Of a stretch of 64,000 nt of DNA, positions 35,171-46,726 are shown one piece after another. Source of the DNA: Heterodontus francisci (lineage: Eukaryota); the NCBI RefSeq assembly GCF_036365525.1, contig NC_090399.1, forward strand, positions 8,493,558 through 8,557,557, read 5' to 3'. The notes beneath the pieces are model-generated. The model was not told the origin of the DNA. It saw only the letters and a program-made list of their open reading frames with translations, and did not search any database. Made by a program: the position numbers and the translations under genes. Each line of letters opens with the position of its first letter. Position 1 is the stretch's first letter.

Positions 35171-37157
35171 TGTGAGCCTAGTCAAAAAGAAAAAGGAAGC
35201 ATTCGTAAGGGCTGGAAGGCTAGGAACAGCCGAATCCCTTGAGGAATACAAAGACAGTAGGAAGGAACTTAAGCAAGGAGTTAGGAGGGCTAAAAGGGGT
35301 CATGAAAAGTCATTGGCAAACAGGATTAAGGAAATTCCCAAGGCTTTTTATACGTATATAAAGAGCAAGAGGGTAACTAGGGAAAGGGTTGGCCCACTCA
35401 AGGACAGAGAAGGGAATCTATGCGTGGAACCAGAGGAAATGGGCGAGGTACTAAATGAATACTTTGCATCAGTATTCACCAAAGAGAAGGACTTGGTGGA
35501 TGATGAGCCTAGGGAAGGGAGTGCAGATAGTCTCAGTCATATCATTATCAAAAAAGAGGAGGTGTTGAGTGTCTTGCAAAGCATTAAGGTAGATAGGTCC
35601 CCAGGGCCTGATGGGATCTACCCCAGAATACTGAGTGAGGCAAGGGAAGAAATTTCTGGGGCCTTGACAGAAATCTTCGCATCCTCATTGGCTACAGGTG
35701 AGGTCCCAGAGGACTGGAGAATAGCCAATGTTGTTCCTTTGTTTAAGAAGGGTAGCAAGGATAATCCAGGAAATTATAGGCCGGTGAGCCTTACATCAGT
35801 GGTAGGGAAATTATTAGAGAGGATTCTTCGGGACAGGATTTACTCCCATTTGGAAACAAATGAACTTATTAGTGAAATGCAGCATGGTTTTGTGAAGGGG
35901 AGGTCGTGTCTCACTAACGTGATTGGGTTTTGTGAGGAAGTGACGAAGATGATTGATGAAGGGCAGTGGATGTTGTCTATATGGACTTCAGTAAAGCCTT
36001 TGACAAGGTCCCTCATGGCAGACTGGTACAAAAGGTAAAGTCACACAGGATCAGAGGGGAGCTGGCAAGATGGATACAGGATTGGCTCGGTCATAGAAGA
36101 CAGAGGGTAACAGTGGAAGGGTGTTTTTCTGAATGGAGGGATGTGACTAGTGGTGTTCTGCAGGGATCAGTGCTGGGACCTTTGCTGTTTGTAGTATATA
36201 TAAATGATTTGGAGGAAAATGTAGCTGGTCTGATTAGTAAGTTTGCGGACGACACAAAGGTTGGTGGAGTTGTGGATAATGATGAGGATTGTCAGAGGAT
36301 ACAGCAGGATATAGATCGGTTGGAGACTTGGGCGGAGAAATGGCAGATGGAGTTTAATCCGGACAAATGTGAGGTAATGCATTTTGGAAAATCTAATGCA
36401 GGTGGGAAGTATACAGTAAATGGCAGAACCCTTAGGAGTATTGACAGGCAGAGAGATCTGGGCGTACAGGTCCACAGGTCACTGAAAGTGGCAATGCAAG
36501 TGGATAAGGTAGTCAAGAAGGCATACGGCATGCTTGCCTTCTTCGGTCGGGGCATAGAGTATAAAAATTGGCAAGTCATGCTGCAGCTGTACAGAACCTT
36601 AGTTAGGCCACACATAGAATTTTGTGTGCAATTCTGGTTGCCACACTACCAGAAGGACGTGGAGGCTTTGGAGGGGGTACAGAAGAGGTTTACCAGGCTG
36701 TTGCTTGGTCTGAAGGGCATTAGCTATGAGGAGAGGTTGGATAAACTCGGATTGTTTTCACTGGAACAACGGAGGTGGAGGGGCGACATGATAGAAGTTT
36801 ACAAAGTTATGAACAGCATGGACAGAGTGGACAGTCAGAAGCTTTTTCCCAGGGTGGAAGAGTCAGTTACTAGGGGACATAGGTTTAAGGTGCGAGGGGC
36901 AAAGTTTAGAGGGGATGTGTGAGGCAAGTTCTTTACACAGAGGGTGGTGAGTGCCTGGAACTTGCTGCCGAGGGAGGTGGTGGAAGCAGGTACAATAGTG
37001 ATGTTTAAGCGGCATCTTGACAAATACATGAATAGGATGGGAGTAGAGGGATACGGTCCCCGGAAGTGCAGAAGGTTTTAGTTTAGGCAGGCATCAAGAT
37101 CGGTGCAGGCTTGGAGGGCCGAATGGCCTGTTCCTGTGCTGTACTGTTCTTTGTTCT
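35171..37157 (+). mobile_element. Young 5'-truncated CR1 LINE
   Basis: ORFs 35172-36038 and 35966-36922 (RT, one frameshift); 3' UTR ends TGTTCTTTGTTCT; same subfamily as 50394-52541. Confidence 0.95.
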
Positions 37158-37599
37158 CCCCTCCTCAATCTCTCTCTTCCCTGCCCCTTCCTTCCTCCCT
37201 CCCCTCCATTCCATCCCCCTTTCCCTCCTCCCTTCACCCTCTCTGCTCTCTTCCTCCTGCCCTCCTCTCTTCCCCGTCTCTCCCTCCTCCCCCCCATTAT
37301 TTTCCAACCTCCACCTCCCTTCTCACCCCTCCCTTCCCTCCCCACCTCTTCCCCCCTTCTCTTGCCTTCCTCTCTCCTCCCTCCCGCTTCAACGTCTCTC
37401 CTGTCCCCTTTCTGTTTCTCCCTCCCTCCCCTCCTTTCTGTCCCTCTTTTCCCTTCCCTCTTCTTCCTGCCTCCTTCCCTCTTCTCATTCCCCCTCCCTC
37501 ATGCCTCACTGCACCATTAGCACACTCTTTGCCTTTGCCCCATGACCTCCTTGTCAGTTATTCTCTGTGACCCTCTCACCTATCAACACCTTCCTTTTG

Positions 37600-37760
37600 T
37601 TCTCTTTTCCCCCACCTTAACTTTATTTGCTTAAAACCTATTCCATTTCTAACCTTTGCCTATTCTGATGGTTACTGACCTGAAACGTTAACTCTGTTTC
37701 TCTCTCCACAGATGCTGCCAGACCTGCTGAGTATTTCTCGCACTTTTTGTTTTTATTTCA
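37600..37760 (+). mobile_element. Short Penelope-terminus copy with hammerhead-like motif
   Basis: CTGATG-GTTACTGACC-TGAAAC-GTTAACTCTG...CCACAGATGCTGCCAGACCTGCTGAG, homologous to the reverse complement of 9003-9110. Confidence 0.75.
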
Positions 37761-38339
37761 CACTCAGCACCTCCTGATTAAACCGCTTTCAGTTTCAATG
37801 TTACTGCACTGCCCAAAGCCTTCAGTTCAGCGATTTCCCGACTAAATTCACTGCAATACTCAGGGAATTTTTTTTTTTGCTGGTCCAAGTTCCATTGACT
37901 GTTACACAGGGAGACAAAACCTTGAGCGATATTTTGGATAACAGGGTCTGAGGACGGAAGGGAAATAATTGAACGCAGGCGGGGAGCGTGAAGGTTGGTG
38001 GAAGGTTGGCAGTGTGGGTGGGTGGAGAGAGGAGGGAAGGAGGTGGGATTTTACTCCTGTAAAGTTACAGGAATCCTGCTGCTCTCCTTCATCTACTTCT
38101 GTCTCAAAGCAGCTGTGGCCACCTTGTCAGTAATGAATGGCAAAACCATGCTCCGCTTTGGCGATACACGACGTGAAATATATTCCACAGGCTCTCCTCA
38201 TCTGTCACTGCAAAATGCCCTTTTTAAATTCAGTGATGGTAATTCTCTCAAATGATCACTTTGGTCGAGGCTTGTGTTTCTGTAGCCACCCAATGTCACC
38301 ATTCATGCAATTTGTTCTTCTAGCTGTCATGCCAAAGGG

Positions 38340-38550
38340 CAAAAGACCATAGGTATCCCTCTGCATTAGAGAGAGGGAGAGAGAGTCAGTTGGTCATGTA
38401 TAACTTGAGGGTCACCACTCTGCAAGTGTGGAGCAAGGCAAGGAGGCAAGCTCCATGAACTACCACAGCCGAAACAGGGATCGACCCCACACTGTTGGTG
38501 TCTTTCTGTATATACTCTATTTATCTAGCCAATTGAGCTAACTGACTCTC
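38340..38550 (-). mobile_element. Degenerate tRNA-derived SINE
   Basis: Minus-strand head GTTAGCTCAATTGGCTAGA...GGGGTCGATCCC (A/B-box-like). Confidence 0.5.
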
Positions 38551-40504
38551 CAATGCAATTTGTAATGGGGCATTTATTCATATCACTCACAAATTGTCCG
38601 TTGATATATTTTTTTCTTTTAACAGTGCTGGGTGAATTGACATGTCGGACCCTTTGCATATTGTCGCACTCAATCTGAAAGTGCAGCGAATGGGAATCCT
38701 TATTGTTGAGGGGGTTAAATGTACGGGTTTGTCAAGCAATGTGGGTACCATCTATGTACTTGGGTAAGCTAGTAACCCCATAAAAATGGATAGCCTTGCT
38801 GTGAAGCCATCGTGAATTCATCTGGCTTTTCAAGGAGGTGTGTGATGCAATCCTAATCGAATGTCTTCCTCTTCCCTTTGAAAATTTTTAAACCCTTAAT
38901 CAACCTTCATACAACACCAGAGGGAGCTTAAACAGGCTCTTTATTGATCTATAAAGTAATCACAATTCTAGAAATTAGTTAATAGATTTCAAGGTCACTT
39001 TTAGTAGAAAACAATTTGCTTTCCAATAGTTACATAAAATATGATCAAAATAATTGACATACAAAAAGGAAGCAAAACGAATTGTGACATTCAGTAAACG
39101 GGAGAAAACAGTATGAAGCGATGGTGGGAGCAGGGTTTGAAACCATACCGTTTACCTGTCTAAAGAGAGCAAAACAAATAACAAATACCATACAGCTGAC
39201 TTTTAAAGCAGCCAATTTCTTAGTAATGTTTTCATTAAAAGCTCCTACACAGAATAATACTCTGCAATAATGAATAATAACCCAGCTGGAATACTGCCTG
39301 CACGGTGAGATAATTAAAGACACTTGCCCACAGGAGCTGGGTGGGAGAAGGATGATGTACATTTGGGCTGAGTAAGAGCCTGAGGCTGAGGACTGGAGCA
39401 TGTCTCCCATCCACCATCTCAGTCAGTGACTGGGATTCACAAAAGAGGAGACACAAGATGCTGACTTTTCACAATCTTAATATAAGGTGCAGGTGGGGCA
39501 ACAGCTGGACAAAGCAGCAAGACAGCTGTGGATGTAGTGGAGGAAAGATCACGGGCTCTGTTGTTGGTCACACAGTGAGATCCAGATCTTACTCAGGACA
39601 ACAGGAACAGGAAAAGAAGAGAGGAAAGGCGCATCAATCATCGAGAGGCCTGGAGTGTCCCAGCAGAACCAAGTTGTATTCCAGCAGAACCAGGGTGGAT
39701 TCCAGCAGAAGAAGCACACAGCAGAGGCTATTAGCATCCCAGTAGAAGCAGAGTGTTCAGATCAGAGCCAGGACACACCCAGCACAGGCAGGGAGGTAAA
39801 GAAGTGAAACAAAGGTGCTCTCTTCTTCTGTATCTGCTCAGGGCAGGTTATATTTCTGTATTAGCAGAGACTTGGTGTGAACAGCAATATAAAAACAAAA
39901 TCTATCAATGTAATAAATCTGAAATAAAAAAGGTCATTGGGGTTTCATGTGTATAAAGCTTCATCACAAGTTCTGATGAAAAAATAAACATTCAAAACAT
40001 CGATCACTTCTCTTTTCTCTTTACCTATACTGACTGGCCTGTCATGCACTGCCAGAATTTTCTGGTTTTTACGCCTGGTGGGAACAATTTGCCAGGTGAA
40101 CCCCATCAGCTAGGAACTGATATGTGGCATTAGAGGGAGCAAAGGAAAAATGGGCAATTAAATTTTCCACACTATGTGGACAGAGTTTCTTCATGAAATA
40201 ATAATCTGGAATTTACTATATTTCTCAATGTATGAAGGATTATAAAGGAGATTTCACTCCAGCTCCTAAGACAGCACAGCTCAGACTGGGAGATGACCAT
40301 GTGTGGAGTGCAGTGTACACCATGGTACAGTAAGCAGAACACCAGGACCTTTATATAATATGGCTTTCATTGTAAAAGTCCCTCCACCTCGATTTCCTCA
40401 CCTCTTCTTCTGAAGGCAGTGACTGGAGACTCAGGAACAGCAGAGCTGAGCTCAGTTGTGTCCTCACCTGATGGTCATGTCCAGCAGGAGGAGTCACTGG
40501 ATAG

Positions 40505-43485
40505 CAACCAGACTGGGTCACTTTTCTCTAGAAAAGCGAAGACTGAGGTGTGATAGAGGTCTTTAAGATAAAGGGCAGGGTAGACGGAGAGGAGATGTTT
40601 CATCTGTCACAGAGACCAGAGATAGGGGCCATAAATATAAGATAGTCACCAATAAATTCAGTGGGGAATTCAGGAGAAACTTCCTTTCCCAGAGTGTTTA
40701 GAATTTGTAACTTGCTACCACAAGGAGTAGTCGAGGGGAATAACATAGATGCATTTGAGAGGGAAGCTGGATAAACATGAGGGAGAAAGGAATAGAAGGA
40801 TAGGTTGAAGGGGTTAGATGAAGAGAGGTGAGAGGAGACTCCAGTGGAGCATAAATGCCAGCATGGATCTTAAACAAGATCAACACAAGCTCAAGGAACA
40901 ACACCTCATCTTTCAATCAGGAACATTACAGCCTTCCTGACTCAACATTGAATTTAACAATTTCAGACTGCAACCTCTGCCCCATTTTGTTTCCTGTTTA
41001 TCTATAATTTGGACTTGAATGTAGTGGGTATGATTAAGAAGTTTGCAGCTGATACAAAAATTGGCCATGTGGTTGATAATGAAGAAAGCTGCAGACTGCA
41101 GGAAAATATCAATGGACTAGTCAGGTGGATGGAAAAGTGACAAATGGAGTTCAATCCGGAGAAGTGTGAGTAATTGCATTTGGGGAAGGCTCGCAAGGCA
41201 AGGCAATACACAACATATTGTAGGATACTGAGAAGTGTAGAACAACAGAAGGACCTTGAAGTGCATGTCCACAAATTGCTGTAGGTGGCTGGACAGGTGG
41301 ATAAGGTGGTCAGGAAAGCATTACGGGATACTTGCCTTTGTTAGCCGAAGCATAGAATATAAGAGCTGTGAGGTTATTGTGAAACTGTATAAAACATTGG
41401 TTAGGCCACAGCTGGAGTACTGTGTGCAGTACTATAGGGAAAATGTGATTAGACTAGAGAGGGTATGGAGGAAATTTATGAAGATTTTGCCTGAGCTGTA
41501 GAATTTTAGTTATGAGGTAAGATTGGATAGGCTAGGGTTGTTTTCTTTGGAACAGTGGAGGCTGAGGGAGACCCCATTGAAGTGTATAAAATTATGAGGA
41601 GGTCTTGATAGAGTGGACAGGAAGACCCCATTCCACGTGGTTAAGGGGTCCATAATCAATGGGGCATAGATTTAGGGTAAGAGGTAGGAGGTTTAGAGGG
41701 GATTCGAGGGGATTTAATTCACCAGAGGGTGGTGGGAATCTGTAACTCACTGCCTGAAAGTGTGGTAGAGGCAGAAGCTCTCATAAGTTTTAAAAGTTCT
41801 TAGATATGCATTTGAAATGCCGTAACCGACAAGGCTACAGACCATGGGGGATTTTAACTTTCATATAGATCGGGATAAGCAGATGAGCACATCAGACAGG
41901 TAGTGAATTTCTTCCATGTGTCCAGGATACTTTTCTGAAACAGTATCTCCTAGAACCAACAAGAGGGCAGGCCAAATTACATGGAGTAATGAGTCCGATT
42001 TAGTTAACAGTCTAAACGTGCGTGAACATTTATCTAACAGTGATCATAATATGATCGAGTTCAATGGAGCATTTGAAAGGGAGAAATGTGAAATTGCCAC
42101 TAAGATTCTAGAAGTACAGCTGACTTCAATGCAATGAAACACAGGCTGTCCACAGCATACTTGTAAAATCGGTTAATAGGTAAAACAATGGATGATCAGT
42201 TGGAGGTGTTCAAAAAAGAATTTAGTGTGATACAGAGCCAGTTTATATTCTGAAGGGGAAAGATCTCCATGTGCCAAAAAGAGAGTAATGGAGCCTAAAG
42301 AGGAAAGAAACAACACAAAATTGAAAAGAAAAAGCGTACAAAAATTCAAAAAAAAGCACGTCCTGGAGAATGAGAATAACACAAAGAAGAGCAAAGGGTG
42401 AAAGAACAGAAAGTAAGAGCTATAAAAGGGAGTATGAAAAGAAACTTGCAAGGGATATCAAAATCAACCCAAAACTTTTACAATGATATTAGGAAAACAG
42501 GGCAGTCAGGAGCAATGTCAATGTAAGTAAGGAAATGGTCATATGCTGACTAATTACACTGTATCAGTATTTATAGAGGGGGAAGAGGTGAGTATGATGT
42601 TAACAATGTGACAGAGGGAAACCAGGGAATTATAGACTAGTTAGCCTAACATCTGTTGTCGAGAGCCTATAATTAAGGCAGGGTGACTGAACACCTTGAT
42701 GTTTTCAGCTGATCAGAGAGAGCCAGTGTGAGGTCATCAACTTTGGGCTGAGAAAGGATAGAACAGGGCACTTTCTAAATGGTGAAAAGCGAGAAACAGT
42801 GTAGGTCCAAAGAGACTTGGGAGTCCAGGTACACAGGTCATTAAAATGTCCTGAACAGGCAGAGAAAATAATCAAAAAGGTTAATAGAATTCTGGCTTTA
42901 ATCTAGAGGACAAGAATACAAGAGGGTAGAAGTCATGCTTCAGCTATACAAAGCCCTGGTTAGACCACTCCTCGAGAACTGTGAGCAGTTTGGGCATCAC
43001 AAACCAGGAAGGATATACGGGCCTTAAAGGGAGTGCAGTGGAGATTTACCAGAATGATAGATGCACTCCAAGGGTTAAATTACAATGAAAGATTATACAA
43101 ACTAGGGTTGTGATCCTTGGAATTTAGAAGATTAATTGCTGATTTGATTGAAGTTTTCAAGATATTAGGGGAATTCATCGGGTAAATAGAAAGAACTTAT
43201 CACCATTAGTTAGAGAGGCTAGGACTGGAGGGAATAGCCAAAAAAAGAAAAGTAGAGCCAGACCTTTCCGAAGTGAAATTAGGAAACACTTCACACAAAG
43301 GGTGGTGGAACTTTGGAACTTTCTTTGCAAATGGATTAATTGTAGATTTTAAATCTAAGATTGAGAGGTTTTTGCTATCAAAAGGTATTAAGGGATAAGG
43401 AGTTAGGTCACAGATCAGCCATGATCTCACTGAATGGCAGATCAAACTCAAGGAGATAATGGTCTCCTCCTGTTCCTATGTTCCC
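40505..43485 (+). mobile_element. Cluster of old CR1 fragments with a Penelope GIY-YIG end fragment (40885-40990)
   Basis: CR1 motifs QLEYCVQ and SDHNMIEF; 40885-40990 reads KLKEQHLIF..GTLQP..LNIEFNNFR, like the end of ORF 9460-10167. Confidence 0.75.
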
Positions 43486-43506
43486 AATGCAGCTCTGTAT
43501 TTAATT

Positions 43507-45599
43507 CTTCTTCTTCTTTGGCCTCCTTGTCTCGAGAGACAATGGGTAAGCACCTAGAGGTGGTCAGTGGTTTGCGGAGCAGTGCCTGGAGTGGCTATAA
43601 AGGCCAATTGTAGAGTGATAGGCTCTTCCACAGGCGCTGCAGATAAAATTGTTTGTCGGGGCTGTTACACAGCTGGCTCTCCCCTTGCGCTTCTGTCTTT
43701 TTTCCTGCCAACTGCTAAGTCTCTTCGACTCGCTACTCATTAGCTCTGCCTTTATAGCTGTCCGCCAGCTCTGGCGATCACTGGCAACTGACTCCCACGA
43801 CTTGTGATCAATGTCACAGGACTTCATGTCGCGTTTGCAGACGTCTTTAAAGCGGTGACATGGACGGCTGGTGGGTCTGATACCAGTGACGAGCTCGCTG
43901 TACAATGCTTCCTTGGGGATCCTGCCATCTTCCATGTGGCTCACATGGCCAAGCCATCTCAAGTGCTGCTGGCTCAGTAGGTATGCTGGGGATGTTGGCC
44001 GCCTCGAGGACTTCTGTGTTGGAGATACAGTCCTACCACCTGATGCCAAGGATTCTCCGGAGGCAGCGAAGATGGAATAAGTTGAGATGTCACTCTTGGC
44101 TGACACATACGTTGTCCAGGCCTCGCTGCCATCGAGCAAGGTACCGAGGACACACTTGATATGCTTGGACTTTTGTGTTCTGTGTCATTGCGCCATTTTC
44201 CCACACCCTCTTGGCCAGTCTGGACATAGCAGCGGAAGCCTTTACCAAGCGCTTGTTTATTTCTACATCAAGAGACAGGTTACTGGTGATAGTTGAGCCT
44301 AGGTAGGTGAACTCTTGAAGTGCAAATGACAACTGGCAACACCTATGCAGTCATATTCAGCTGGCCTCCGACACCGGAAATATCAGAGGAATGTATGATG
44401 GCATCAAGAGAGCTTTTGGGCCAAACATCAAGAAGATCGCCCCCCTCAAATCTAAGTAGGGGACACAATCATTGACCAACGCAAGTAAATGGACCGCTGG
44501 GTTGAGCACTACCTCGAACTGTACTCCAGGGAAAATGTTGTCACTGATACCGCCCTCAATGCAGCCCAGTCTCTGCCAGTCATGGATGAGCTGGACGAAC
44601 AGCCAACAAAATCAGAACTCAGTGATGCCATTGATTCTCTAGCCAGTGGAAAAGCCCCTGGAAAGGGCAGCATTACCCCTGAAATAATCAAGAGTGCCAA
44701 GCCTGCTATACTTTCAGCACTCCACGAACTGCTTTGCCTGTGCTGGGACAAGGGAACAGTACCACAGGACATGCGCGATGCCAATATCATCACCCTCTAT
44801 AAGAACAAGGGTGACCGCGGTGACTGCAACAACTACCGTGGAATCTCCCTGCTCAGCACAGTGGGGAAAATCTTCGCTCGAGTCGTTTTAAACAGACTCC
44901 AGATGGCTGGCTGAGCATATCTACCCTGAGGCACAATGTGGCTTTCGAGCAGAGCGATCCATCATTGACATGCTGTTCTCCCTTCACCAGCTACAGGAGA
45001 AATGCCGCGAACAACAGATGCCCCTCTACGTGGCTTTCATAGTTCTCACCAAAGCCTTTGAGCTCGTCAGCAGACGTGGTCTCTTCAGACTACTAGAAAA
45101 GATCGGATGTCCACCAAAGCTACTAAGTATCATCACCTCATTCCATGACAATATGAAAGGCACAATTCAGCATAACGGTGCCTCATCAGTCCCCTTTCCT
45201 ACTCTGAGTGACGTGAAACAGGGCTGTGTTCTCGCACCCACACTGTTTGGGATATTCTTCTCACTGCTGCTCTCACATGCATTCAACTCTTCAGAAGAAG
45301 GAATTTCCCTCCACACAAGATCAGATGGCAGGTTGTTCAACCTTGCCCGTCTAAGAGCGAAGACCAAAGTACGGAAAGTCCTCTTTGCTGACGATGCTGC
45401 TTTAACATCTCACACTGAAGAGTGTCTGCAGAGACTCATCAACAGGTTTGCGGCTGCCTGCAACGAATTTGGCCTAACCATCAGCCTCAAGAAAATGAAC
45501 ATCATGGGACAGGACGTCAGAAATGCTCCATCCATCAATATTGGCGACCACGCTCTGGAAGTGGTTCAGGAGTTCACCTACCTAGGCTCAACCATCAAC
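43507..45599 (-). mobile_element. RTE-clade LINE with 5' inversion
   Basis: 12-bp TSD CTGTATTTAATT (43495-43506 / 45600-45611); (GAA)n tail at 43507. The 3' part is on the minus strand (43507-44320) and the RT core is on the plus strand (44321-45599; NYRGISLL, KQGCVLAP, LFADD). Confidence 0.93.
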
Positions 45600-45873
45600 C
45601 TGTATTTAATTAGTTGTTATGTAATGATCAGATTGTTTATCATTTCATGGGTCCCTTCGACTGAATGGGGGTGAAATTAGATATGGGTGGGGAGACAAAA
45701 CAGACAGAATCGCATTTGCTGCCTATTATACCATACACCTGATATTCAACTCTACTTAAGTCAAGGGAATTTTATATGGGAGAGAGCAAAGAATGGGTGT
45801 CTGATGCAGTACTGCCTGTTTTGCGTCCCCAAGTCATGTCCAATGTTATCCCTTATGTGTTAAACTATCGATT

Positions 45874-46418
45874 TCAAATATTTCGATGCCAGAAACCTTT
45901 CACTGAACTGGGACAGATTTTCAGCCATTCCTTTTGCGAAGTATGCAATAAAGGAAAGAGTTTCCCTTGGAATTTGTTCCCACGGAACGTGTAGAGATGA
46001 CCCTCTGTGCTTGCATTGTAAAATGAAATGTACTCAGACTTGTAACTGAGGTAAACACCAATCCTGCTGGGGTTGTCACTGAGAGAGATACCAGCTGGAT
46101 CAGAGGAGTTTGCCACCAACTGATTTTCAACCCACCCAATGGTCCAGAATCCATTCTCAGGTTTCAGGTCGATATTTCCCTTCCTATCGACAAACTCTGC
46201 GACTACTCCCAGATGCCAATCGCCATTTCTCGGCACCTCCACCACCCAGTAATGTCTCCCTGATGTGAATCCCTGTGATCCCAGCACACAGGGAGATGCA
46301 GTAAATCTCTTCTCGGTTTCAGGAACACTGCAACTCGTTTCAGTCCATCTCACACTCTTCAGATCCTCGGACACCTGCAGCTGGACATGGGCAGTGTCCT
46401 TATCCAAGGTCACAGAGG
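45874..46418 (-). CDS. Terminal B30.2 (PRY-SPRY) exon of butyrophilin/ERMAP-like gene 1
   Basis: Polypyrimidine plus cAG acceptor, phase 1; (A)SVTLDKDTAH..RFTASPCVLGSQGFTSGRHYWVVEV..WHLGV..PENGFWTI..RIGVYLSY..ISFYNA..HLYTF..KLFP, then stop. Confidence 0.93.
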
Positions 46419-46726
46419 CTGGGAGGGAAAAGGACAAAATTAGAGAGATTCACTCAAGATTAGAGACATATTCATTCAGGATTTATACATTAAATACATG
46501 CATTCAACACATTGAGAGCTGTGGGATCCCTGTTTCGATCGAGTTTCCTATTTAATTCATTTTCTCTGACTGGAGCATTTCACTCTCAATTCCAGGGATT
46601 GGGCAGTTTCAGTGCTTTCACCAAGTCTGGTGTTTCCAGCAGAATTCCAGTTTCTGAAGGCAAAAACAAAGGTGGGGAAATGAATATCTGAGAATAGTGA
46701 AACACTGGTGGTCCCAATAGGCAGGT

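Noticed and set aside
37083-37570. Pro/Ser- or Gly/Arg/Glu-rich ORFs (also 34916-35251 and 53369-53989)
   Set aside because: Low-complexity purine/pyrimidine tracts.
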